DNA from: a virus
UHGV virus genome: UHGV-1798460
Strand: one strand, 5' to 3'
Length of the DNA stretch: 12,978 bases
Part shown: positions 6,529-12,978 of the stretch, in pieces
Position numbering within the stretch: position 1 is the first letter of the stretch
How the letters are laid out: every line of letters starts with the position of its first letter
Translations under genes and position numbers: made by a program
The notes under the pieces: generated by a model
The model's database searches: none
Told to the model about the DNA's origin: nothing
What the model saw: the letters and a program-made list of their open reading frames with translations, nothing else

Positions 6529-7497
6529 TTAGTAGGTTATTTTTGTTGCGAATACTTCGCCTTTTACGATGGCTGTTATGATATTTTTAGCAACATCTTC
6601 TGATGCACCAACCTTGATAAGGTCAGCAAGTATTTTGTTATTTACTTCTTTCCGGTGAGCTTTATCCTTTGCTCTACACTCTTCCTCTTCCTTGATTCTT
6701 TTTTCTTCTGCTATTCTGGCTTGCTCTTTTGCTTCAGCCTCGCGCCGGATTCGTTCAGCCTCCTCCTGTGCTTTTCGGCGTTCTGCTTCGATTGCCGCCT
6801 GCTTTTCTCTTTCAGCTCGTTCTGCTGCCTCTTTTGCTTCGCGCTGTGCTCGTTGCTCGGCTTCAATGCGTTCACGCTCTGCACGTTCCGCTGCGGCCTT
6901 AGCTTCTGCTTCTCGCCTTGCTGCTGCTTCAATTTCGGCTTTTGCCTTTGCTTCGGCTTCTGCTCTGGCTTTCTCTTCAGCTTCTCTTTTTAAGCGTTCT
7001 TCATGCTCTCGCTTTTCCTGCTCCGCTTTGAGTCTTGCCTCTTCTCTTTGGCGGTCAAATTCGCGATCCATCAAAATCGCTATTTCATGGTCAGACTCAA
7101 TTTGCTTTGCGAGAGCTTCAGCTGCTGCCTTAGCTTCTTCTTCGGCTTTAATCCGCGCCTGTTCCTCTTCATAATCAGTAAGAGGCTGGCGTGCCTTGGA
7201 TTTCAGCTCATCAAGGCGATCACGCACTGTCTTGCGGTTGGCATCAATTAGCTTTGGAATTTCCTTCAGTTCAGCAACAAGGTCTTTTCCAAGACCATCG
7301 AGATATGTTTTCGTCTGCGCAACTTTATACGCCAGAGAAGCGATCTCCTTTCTGCCCTTTGCCGTTGTGATATCAGGCACAAAGGACATAACTTCACGTT
7401 CAACCTTTTGAAGGATTTCTTCAATCTGGTCGGCAGACTGAAATACAGTCATTGCATTTGCTTTTTCAATAACAACTAAATCTGTTACTTCACTCAT
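6529..7497 (-). CDS. Coiled-coil protein (322 aa) with a long E/R/K/A-rich central repeat region
   Basis: Start ATG at 7497 with GGAGGA upstream. The ORF-track 5' extension to 7551 runs through the terminator hairpin and is rejected. The central 150 residues or so are almost entirely E, A, K and R. Confidence 0.65.
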   Translation of the reverse strand: MSEVTDLVVIEKANAMTVFQSADQIEEILQKVEREVMSFVPDITTAKGRKEIASLAYKVAQTKTYLDGLGKDLVAELKEIPKLIDANRKTVRDRLDELKSKARQPLTDYEEEQARIKAEEEAKAAAEALAKQIESDHEIAILMDREFDRQREEARLKAEQEKREHEERLKREAEEKARAEAEAKAKAEIEAAARREAEAKAAAERAERERIEAEQRAQREAKEAAERAEREKQAAIEAERRKAQEEAERIRREAEAKEQARIAEEKRIKEEEECRAKDKAHRKEVNNKILADLIKVGASEDVAKNIITAIVKGEVFATKITY

Positions 7498-7509
7498 ATA
7501 TCCTCCGTC

Positions 7510-7538
7510 AAAAAAATTGCCCTCACACTGGAGGGCAA
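7510..7538 (-). terminator. Intra-operon rho-independent terminator (tL-like) immediately upstream of the coiled-coil gene RBS
   Basis: On the minus strand: stem TTGCCCTC/GAGGGCAA with loop CAGTGT, followed by TTTTTTT. The T-run ends 3 nt before the GGAGGA of the next gene. Confidence 0.55.
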
Positions 7539-7672
7539 AGAAGATTTCCAATAATCAGAACAAGTCGGCTCCTGTTTAGTTACGAGCGACATTGCTCCGT
7601 GTATTCACTCGTTGGAATGAATACACAGTGCAGTGTTTATTCTGTTGTTTATGCCAAAAATAAAGGCCACCA

Positions 7673-7924
7673 TCAGGCAGCCTTGTTGTAAATGTTGCAG
7701 GTATCAAGTAAGTAATTAGATGGAGCGCCATAAATTATGAATTCATCGTTTGTCGGGTCCATCTCCATCTCTTGGCCTATTGCCATTCTTGCGTCAGTGT
7801 CGTCAGCGGCGAAGCATAAAACAGCCCACGCACCCATTGTTTTAAAAAGAACTGCAATTGGCTGTGGTTTTACTGAATTTGCGTTAGCGCGAAAATCACA
7901 AATCGCACTTTCATGAAACTCCAT
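7673..7924 (-). CDS. Hypothetical phage protein (83 aa)
   Basis: ATG at 7924 with GAGGTGA 4-5 nt upstream. Confidence 0.55.
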   Translation of the reverse strand: MEFHESAICDFRANANSVKPQPIAVLFKTMGAWAVLCFAADDTDARMAIGQEMEMDPTNDEFIIYGAPSNYLLDTCNIYNKAA

Positions 7925-7986
7925 ATCTCACCTCAAATAAGTGGTTTGCTGCCAAAACAATGAACCATCCGGAAATTCCAGATAGT

Positions 7987-8211
7987 TCATAATTCACTCT
8001 TCAATACTTCCAACTTACTAATCGCCGATAGATATCCGCGCTGATAGGGCATCATCATTCCTTCGAGCTTGCCACTTCTTAACTCCTCCCTGAGCAATTG
8101 TATTGCTTGATCAATAACCTCTGCCTTAGCGTCCTTTATGGCTTGCTTTCGGGGCTTTGCTTTCTGCTTTGACAGATTTCTCAAGCATGATGGAATGTAT
8201 GTCTGATTCAT
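7987..8211 (-). CDS. Hypothetical basic protein (74 aa)
   Basis: ATG at 8211 with GAGG 6 nt upstream, immediately after the upstream TAA. Confidence 0.5.
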   Translation of the reverse strand: MNQTYIPSCLRNLSKQKAKPRKQAIKDAKAEVIDQAIQLLREELRSGKLEGMMMPYQRGYLSAISKLEVLKSEL

Positions 8212-8214
8212 CAC

Positions 8215-8418
8215 TTACCTCGCTGTAACCTGCTTACTTGTACGATGACCAGCTGCGAAAAGCGCAACTTCTGGCAGGCAGACAGTACCACCTTCAACTT
8301 CCTTCTGAAGCGTTCCGGCAAGCGAAATGGCTCTTGAAACACGTTTACTGGCTCCGTCCATGATTTTCATGAAAGCCATATAGTGCATTGGCTTCTTTCC
8401 TTGCTTGTTTGGCATCAT
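8215..8418 (-). CDS. Small ORF at the position normally held by the N antiterminator; start uncertain and no arginine-rich motif
   Basis: The ORF overlaps the HNH gene 3' end by 74 nt if it starts at 8418. Candidate ATGs at 8388 (weak AAGGAAAG) and 8361. It is the second gene after PL. Confidence 0.3.
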   Translation of the reverse strand: MMPNKQGKKPMHYMAFMKIMDGASKRVSRAISLAGTLQKEVEGGTVCLPEVALFAAGHRTSKQVTAR

Positions 8419-8878
8419 CTAAAAGTTTGAATGAGCCTAGGTATTTTCGTTTTCCATCCACAGTTATCGATGCAACATAAAACCCATGCTCTTTTCTTGC
8501 TTCAACACCTGTAACTCCAGTTGATGAAGATGATTTTAAAGGCATGTTTTTCATATTCTCTTTGAAAGAAACGCTTCTTAAATTGGAGATTCTGTTGTCA
8601 TCCTTAACGCCGTTTATGTGATCAATCACATCAGGCCAGTAGCCATGCACGTAAAGCCATGCAAGTCTGTGAGACTTAAATTTTTTACCTCCAATATTTA
8701 TTCTCAGATAACCCTTGTTGTCAGGTGAGCCAGCCTTTTTACCTGGATACTTCTTGTTCCACGTCAAGGCAGCTCTGTTATCCGCAAACAAATGCTTTGC
8801 TCTCGGCTTCCAATAAAAGTCACCACTCACAGGATTGTAATAAAGAATCTCCCTTACAGACGCTTGAGTAAGATCCAC
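8345..8878 (-). CDS. HNH endonuclease with C-terminal AP2 DNA-binding domain (free-standing homing-endonuclease type)
   Basis: GTG start at 8878 with AGGAGG 5 nt upstream. HNH_3-type motif HRLAWLYVHGYWPDVIDHINGVKDDNRISNLR, followed by an AP2-like GVTGVEARKEHGFYVASITVDGKRKYLGSF. Confidence 0.8.
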   Translation of the reverse strand: MDLTQASVREILYYNPVSGDFYWKPRAKHLFADNRAALTWNKKYPGKKAGSPDNKGYLRINIGGKKFKSHRLAWLYVHGYWPDVIDHINGVKDDNRISNLRSVSFKENMKNMPLKSSSSTGVTGVEARKEHGFYVASITVDGKRKYLGSFKLLDDAKQARKEANALYGFHENHGRSQ

Positions 8879-9016
8879 TTAAACCTCCTAACAAAAACAC
8901 TTCAATAACCCTCCGGTTATGGAAATGTTCTTTTGTAGTGAGCAGCATTGCCGTTCATCCTGAACCCGCCGCGCTCCCGACGCATGGTTTAATGTCGCGC
9001 CGTTCGACATGGCTTA

Positions 9017-9045
9017 ACTATATCCAAAGCTATTATTGCTGTAAA
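9017..9045 (-). promoter_or_regulatory. PL-like early-left promoter (TTTACA-17 nt-TATAGT on the minus strand)
   Basis: Minus-strand -35 TTTACA at 9045-9040 and -10 TATAGT at 9022-9017 with a 17-nt spacer. An operator half-site lies in the spacer. Confidence 0.55.
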
Positions 9046-9052
9046 TAGCTAT
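9026..9052. promoter_or_regulatory. OL operator: AAAGCTATT-N9-AATAGCTAT inverted repeat overlapping PL
   Basis: Read directly; the same half-site recurs in OR. Confidence 0.6.
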
Positions 9053-9146
9053 AGTTATAAAATAACTCCTTTGGTTATTTAGTTATTGATATCTAATGTA
9101 ATTTATTTTTCTTGTATGTGAGATTTGGTGTTTTTTGGGCAATAAA

Positions 9147-9167
9147 AAACCCGCAAAAAGCGGGTTT
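9147..9167 (-). terminator. Rho-independent terminator downstream of the repressor gene
   Basis: Stem AAACCCGC/GCGGGTTT with loop AAAAA; on the minus strand it is followed by TTTATT. Confidence 0.6.
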
Positions 9168-9184
9168 GTTGTGGCGTGATGAGG

Positions 9185-9916
9185 TTAGTAGTCAACTACA
9201 GACCACCAGAAGATTCTTCCGATGATCTCGATATCGCTTAGATTCTTTTCTTCTTGTGGGTATTCCAGTGAGTTAAAGCTTCTAATGCTTACCTTGTCAG
9301 GCCCTGATCGAAAGAGAATCTTAATGCGTTTCCAACCGTTCTCGTTAATGGCGTAAATCTTTCCGTCAACTATTTTCTTATCGTTGGTGTTAACAGCAAC
9401 TGTTGTTCCATCAGGAATGTTTGGCTCCATGCTGTTGCCACGAGCCGGAAAACAAACAACCCCGCTTCCATCACTGTTCGCGCCAACTCTGCGAAGGGTT
9501 GATTTGGAGAAGCGCAACATAAAGCCGTTGTGATCTTCATCAATCACCCGACCATCCCCGCATGCAAACTCAATATCTTTAAGGTAAGGAATTTCAACTT
9601 CATCACCTCTTAAAGGCGTTCCTCCATCCCATGGGTCCAAATATCCCCACGTGCTTTCATGAGGAATAGAAGATTTTGGATTATAAGGTTCAACTCCCTC
9701 ATCACGCATTGGCCCAGTTCCATCGGAAAGCCATTCCGTACGAACTCCAAGCACTTTTGATATTTCAAAAAGTTTGCGCGTATTGCGTGTTTTTCCAGAC
9801 GTAAGTTTCCAGACGCTTGGCTGAGACATGCCAACAGCATTGCCAAGAGAAGCCTGAGTAAACCCAGCCTGATCCATCGCGTATGTAAGCCTTTGAGAAA
9901 AAGTATCTAGTTTCAT
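9185..9916 (-). CDS. cI: CI-like phage repressor (N-terminal HTH, C-terminal S24 LexA-type autopeptidase domain)
   Basis: HTH region QASLGNAVGMSQPSVWKLTSGK; S24 motifs GNSMEP (Ser nucleophile) and a downstream KR. Divergent from cro across an operator region. Confidence 0.8.
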   Translation of the reverse strand: MKLDTFSQRLTYAMDQAGFTQASLGNAVGMSQPSVWKLTSGKTRNTRKLFEISKVLGVRTEWLSDGTGPMRDEGVEPYNPKSSIPHESTWGYLDPWDGGTPLRGDEVEIPYLKDIEFACGDGRVIDEDHNGFMLRFSKSTLRRVGANSDGSGVVCFPARGNSMEPNIPDGTTVAVNTNDKKIVDGKIYAINENGWKRIKILFRSGPDKVSIRSFNSLEYPQEEKNLSDIEIIGRIFWWSVVDY

Positions 9917-9922
9917 TCGTAC

Positions 9923-9951
9923 AACCTATAGCTACAGCTATTATTAGTCAA
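9923..9951 (-). promoter_or_regulatory. Candidate PRM (minus strand TTGACT-17 nt-TAGGTT) giving a near-leaderless repressor mRNA
   Basis: -35 TTGACT at 9951-9946 and weak -10 TAGGTT at 9928-9923; the ATG at 9916 lies about 7 nt downstream. Confidence 0.35.
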
Positions 9952-9957
9952 ATACCT

Positions 9958-9984
9958 AAAGCTATTTACTTTCTGAATAGCTTT
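9958..9984. promoter_or_regulatory. OR operator: perfect inverted repeat AAAGCTATT-N9-AATAGCTTT overlapping PR
   Basis: Read directly. Extra partial half-sites (AGCTATT-like) at 9937-9943 and 9985-9991 suggest a tripartite operator. Confidence 0.6.
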
Positions 9985-9993
9985 GGCTATTAT
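9965..9993 (+). promoter_or_regulatory. PR-like early-right promoter (TTTACT-17 nt-TATTAT)
   Basis: -35 at 9965-9970, -10 at 9988-9993; the operator half-site lies within the spacer, mirroring PL. Confidence 0.5.
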
Positions 9994-10024
9994 CCTGATT
10001 GTGAATTCAGCAGGAGTTATTTTT

Positions 10025-10255
10025 ATGGTCAACAAGGCTATTAAAGCGGCTATTGACTCAGTAGGAAGTCAGCAAAAGTTAGCTGATGCCTGCGGTGTTA
10101 AGCAGCCGTCTGTATGGGCTTGGTTGCATGGGAAGAAAAGGGTATCCGCTGAAAATGCCAAGCGCATTGAAATGGCTACCAATGGAAGCGTCCCTGCATA
10201 CCTGATTCGCCCTGATTTATCCGCTTTGTTCCCCAATCCGAACAAAGCAGCTTAA
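10025..10255 (+). CDS. cro: Cro-like repressor (76 aa)
   Basis: ATG at 10025 with AGGAG upstream. HTH QQKLADACGVKQPSVWAWLHGKK; divergent from the repressor. Confidence 0.75.
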   Translation: MVNKAIKAAIDSVGSQQKLADACGVKQPSVWAWLHGKKRVSAENAKRIEMATNGSVPAYLIRPDLSALFPNPNKAA

Positions 10256-10374
10256 TAAAGCAAATTTTTATACCGAACGGCCCGGTATACGGTCGGGTGC
10301 CCGGCGTGGTCATGGATGACTGTCAATGGTGCACAATAAAAAACCAAATTATTTACCTATGGAAATAGTAAGAA

Positions 10375-10671
10375 ATGGAACAAACAAGTTACAGCAAACT
10401 ATCCCAGCGTGACGTTGATCGCGCAGAAACCGATTTACTCATCAACCTGTCAACGCTTACCCAGCGCGGTCTGGCAAAGATGATTGGCTGTCATGAATCG
10501 AAGATAAGCAGAACGGACTGGAGATTTATTGCTTCGGTCTTGTGTGCTTTCGGAATGGCATCAGACATCAGTCCGATTAGCAGGGCTTTTAAGTATGCGC
10601 TTGATGGACTCACCAATAAAAAACGCCCGGCGGCAACCGAGCGTTCTGAACAAATCCAGATGGAATTTTAA
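10375..10671 (+). CDS. cII: CII transcriptional activator
   Basis: The C-terminus TNKKRPAATERSEQIQMEF matches the lambda CII C-terminus as I recall it; HTH LAKMIGCHESKISR. The start is not well supported by an RBS. Confidence 0.8.
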   Translation: MEQTSYSKLSQRDVDRAETDLLINLSTLTQRGLAKMIGCHESKISRTDWRFIASVLCAFGMASDISPISRAFKYALDGLTNKKRPAATERSEQIQMEF

Positions 10672-10693
10672 CAACATCCAACGAGGTAATTAT

Positions 10694-10966
10694 ATGCGAA
10701 ACAAAGGCTTTAATCCACCTGATACACACAAAGAAGCTAAGCGTTTGCGCTTCCTTCGTTCCATTGATGAAAGAACTCAAATCTCTTTTGTGAAAGTTGC
10801 CAGAACTGAGCTTCTGAAGGCTGAGGCGAGGGCGTTGCTCCCGTCTCTACCAAAAGAGGAGGGATATACGTTCATTCCAAACGCATTTCTGGAAAAGCTT
10901 CTCAAAGAAGACATATCCGTAAGTCAGTTTAACGATGTTCTTAAGGTCTTTCGTCAAGGCAGGTAG
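10694..10966 (+). CDS. Hypothetical protein (90 aa) between cII and the replication initiator
   Basis: ATG at 10694 with GAGG 6 nt upstream. The ORF-track N-terminal extension overlaps cII and is rejected. Confidence 0.5.
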   Translation: MRNKGFNPPDTHKEAKRLRFLRSIDERTQISFVKVARTELLKAEARALLPSLPKEEGYTFIPNAFLEKLLKEDISVSQFNDVLKVFRQGR

Positions 10967-10968
10967 TT

Positions 10969-11916
10969 ATGAGCAATACAGCAAAAATCTACGATTTCAG
11001 CGCCGCACACGAGCGCAGGAGCAACAGGATGGAGAACCAGAAAACTGGTTACATTCCGTTGTACCGGAGCATTCTGAAACAGTCATGGGCGAAAGATGTT
11101 TATCTTCGCACCCTGTGGGAAAACCTTCTCCTGAATGCCGCCAGAAAGCCATACAAAGCGAATTTCAAAGGTCATGAATGGCATCTGCAACCCGGTCAAC
11201 TGGTTGTGACAGCAGCTGATTTAGGTCTTCAGTTATGCGACAGACATGGCAAGCCAGCAAGCCGTGATCAGGTTGAGCGGATGCTTCAGGTTTTTGTGAA
11301 AGAGGGGATGATCTCCATTGATGGAGAGAAGCAAAAAGGTCGTGTGATAACCATCACAAATTACCATGAATATGCTCAAAAAATGGACAATTCACCCGCA
11401 CATGAAGCCGCACAAACAACCGCACATGATGCCGCACATGATGAAGCCAGTAATGGCGCGGCATTCAGCGCACATGCCGCACATGAAAGCGCACATGAAG
11501 CCGCACAAACAACCGCACATCATGAACAAGAAGGTATTAACAAGAATATAAATAATACCCCCCTACCCCCCAATGGGGGAGGCGATGGGCAGGTTAAACC
11601 TGAACGTCGCAAGGCAGAACGAATCGACTACGAATCCTTCCTGAACGCCTACAACACCGAAGTCGGTGACAGACTTCCACACGCTGTTGCGGTCAACGAG
11701 AAACGAAAACGCCGCCTGAAGAAAATCATTCCGCAACTGAAAACGCCAAACGTGGACGGTTTCAGAGCGTATGTCAGGGCGTTTGTGCATCAGGCCAAGC
11801 CGTTTTACTTCGGAGACAACGACACTGGCTGGACGGCAGATTTTGATTACCTGCTGAGGGAAGATTCGTTAACGGGAGTACGGGAAGGGAAGTTTGCAGA
11901 CAGGGGGATTGCATGA
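10969..11916 (+). CDS. Replication initiator, lambda O-like (N-terminal iteron-binding domain, repetitive linker, C-terminal domain)
   Basis: N-terminus [11 protein letters not shown] resembles lambda O MTNTAKILNFG. The gene contains the tandem repeat and AT-rich tract expected of an embedded origin. Its stop overlaps the helicase start (ATGA). Confidence 0.7.
   Translation: MSNTAKIYDFSAAHERRSNRMENQKTGYIPLYRSILKQSWAKDVYLRTLWENLLLNAARKPYKANFKGHEWHLQPGQLVVTAADLGLQLCDRHGKPASRDQVERMLQVFVKEGMISIDGEKQKGRVITITNYHEYAQKMDNSPAHEAAQTTAHDAAHDEASNGAAFSAHAAHESAHEAAQTTAHHEQEGINKNINNTPLPPNGGGDGQVKPERRKAERIDYESFLNAYNTEVGDRLPHAVAVNEKRKRRLKKIIPQLKTPNVDGFRAYVRAFVHQAKPFYFGDNDTGWTADFDYLLREDSLTGVREGKFADRGIA
11396..11524. 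repeat. Iteron-like 12-bp tandem repeats (CCGCACATGANG family), two blocks, inside the O-like gene; candidate replication origin
   Basis: Units read at 11396, 11408, 11420, 11432 and 11477, 11489, 11501, 11513. A 30-nt segment gcacatgaagccgcacaaacaaccgcacat occurs twice (11398-11427 and 11490-11519). Confidence 0.55.
11527..11580. promoter_or_regulatory. AT-rich tract plus C/G palindrome next to the iterons; candidate DNA-unwinding element of the origin
   Basis: aaggtattaacaagaatataaataata followed by cccccctaccccccaatggggga. Confidence 0.4.
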
Positions 11917-12978
11917 GACAGGATATCGAAGCGAGCGTTATCGGCGGTCTGCTGATTGGTGGATTAACTCCAACCGCCAGCGACGTTCTGGCAACACTGG
12001 AGCCGGAAGCGTTTTCAATTCCGCTCTACCGGAAAGCCTTCGAGGTTATCCGCAAGCAGGCGAGAAACAGAAACCTAATCGATGCGCTGATGGTTGCCGA
12101 GGCGTGCGGAGAGGAGCATTTCACGTCAATCCTGATGACCAGCAAAAACTGCCCGAGTGCCGCAAACCTGAAGGGATATGCCGGAATGGTCGCGGATAAC
12201 TATCATCGCCGTCTGGTGCTGGAAATCATGGATGAAATGCGTGAACCAATTCAGAGCGGAACCATCGACGCATCGAGTCAGGCGATGGATGAGCTTGTAA
12301 AGCGTCTTTCAGCCATCAGAAAGCCCCGTGACGAGGTTAAACCTGTACGGTTAGGGGAAATCATTACTGACTACACTGACACGCTTGACAGGCGTCTGAG
12401 GAACGGAGAAGAGTCAGATACCCTGAAGACCGGAATCGAAGAACTTGACGCTATCACCGGAGGGATGAACGCGGAAGACCTGGTGATTATCGCCGCTCGT
12501 CCTGGTATGGGGAAAACCGAACTGGCGCTGAAGATTGCCGAAGGTGTTGCAAGCCGCGTTATTCCTGGTTCTGACGTCCGGCGCGGGGTATTGATTTTCT
12601 CAATGGAAATGAGCGCATTGCAGATTGCAGAGCGTAGCATTGCCAACGCCGGGAGGATGTCGGTTAGCGTACTGCGAAATCCTGCATCGATGGATGACGA
12701 GGGCTGGGCACGCGTTGCTAACGGCATGAGTCAGCTTGCAGATTTGGATGTATGGGTAGTCGATGCCTCGCGGTTATCGGTAGAAGAAATTCGCTCAATC
12801 GCAGAACGGCACAAACAGGAAAATCCAAACCTGTCACTCATCATGGCGGATTATCTTGGCCTGATTGAGAAGCCGAAAGCAGACCGCAACGACCTCGCAA
12901 TTGCTCACATCTCCGGAAGCCTGAAGGCGATGGCGAAAGACCTGAAAACGCCTGTTATCTCCCTAAGTCAGCTTTCGC
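11913..12978 (+). CDS. DnaB-family replicative helicase (partial; continues past the window end)
   Basis: This frame is open from the ATG at 11913 (AGGGGGA RBS) to the window edge, and is absent from the ORF track because it has no in-window stop. DnaB-like N-terminus [10 protein letters not shown] and Walker A ARPGMGKT. Confidence 0.8.
   Translation, partial: MRQDIEASVIGGLLIGGLTPTASDVLATLEPEAFSIPLYRKAFEVIRKQARNRNLIDALMVAEACGEEHFTSILMTSKNCPSAANLKGYAGMVADNYHRRLVLEIMDEMREPIQSGTIDASSQAMDELVKRLSAIRKPRDEVKPVRLGEIITDYTDTLDRRLRNGEESDTLKTGIEELDAITGGMNAEDLVIIAARPGMGKTELALKIAEGVASRVIPGSDVRRGVLIFSMEMSALQIAERSIANAGRMSVSVLRNPASMDDEGWARVANGMSQLADLDVWVVDASRLSVEEIRSIAERHKQENPNLSLIMADYLGLIEKPKADRNDLAIAHISGSLKAMAKDLKTPVISLSQLS

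Noticed and set aside
6655-7411. Long plus-strand ORFs (6655-6993, 6692-7174, 7003-7251, 7196-7411) and minus ORF 6711-6932
   Set aside because: They are antisense or out-of-frame readings of the repetitive E/R/K/A-coding DNA, giving Ser/Ala/Cys/Phe-rich low-complexity products. Stop-free frames are expected in biased repeats.
8882-9010. A 43-aa ORF beginning with ATG at the predicted PL transcription start (leaderless)
   Set aside because: Purely speculative: there is no RBS, the product is not arginine-rich, and the transcription start position is itself a prediction.
11366-11551. Plus-strand ORF encoding an [13 protein letters not shown] repeat peptide
   Set aside because: It is an alternate-frame reading of the iteron repeats inside the O-like gene.
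12371-12727. Minus-strand 118-aa ORF and plus ORF 11894-12199
   Set aside because: Both lie within or out of frame with the DnaB-like helicase gene, which has clear helicase motifs.
1-12978. CRISPR arrays, tRNA/rRNA genes, IS elements or attachment-site repeats
   Set aside because: No spacer-repeat periodicity, cloverleaf-like segments or transposase-like ORFs were seen. The only tandem repeats are the iterons and the coding E/R/K repeat. No int gene lies in the window, so att sites are probably outside it.

Overview
The window reads as a lambdoid (lambda/P22-mosaic) prophage, most likely enterobacterial, covering the left arm through the immunity region into the replication module. All calls rest on reading the translated ORFs and motifs by eye; no database search was run. 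A cI-like repressor (9185-9916, minus) sits between an OL/PL region and an OR/PRM/PR region, both carrying the same 9-bp inverted-repeat operator half-site. PR drives cro, cII, a small ORF, an O-like initiator with an internal iteron/AT-rich origin, and a DnaB-like helicase that runs off the window. PL drives a long leftward operon of tightly packed, often translationally coupled genes: HNH-AP2 endonuclease, a small ORF where N would be, an ER/K-rich coiled-coil protein, cIII, kil, erf, an SSB with a DDSIPF tail, an Ea22-like protein, a Lar-like restriction-alleviation protein, a DnaQ-like exonuclease and a PrtN/Xis-like protein. That operon ends at a bidirectional terminator (1402-1421). Converging on it from the left is the most interesting element: a two-gene module under a perfect consensus sigma70 promoter, encoding a DUF4065/Panacea-domain protein and a 2-TM membrane protein, which I read as a candidate toxin-antitoxin or abortive-infection cargo. 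No tRNA, rRNA, CRISPR array or transposase was seen.
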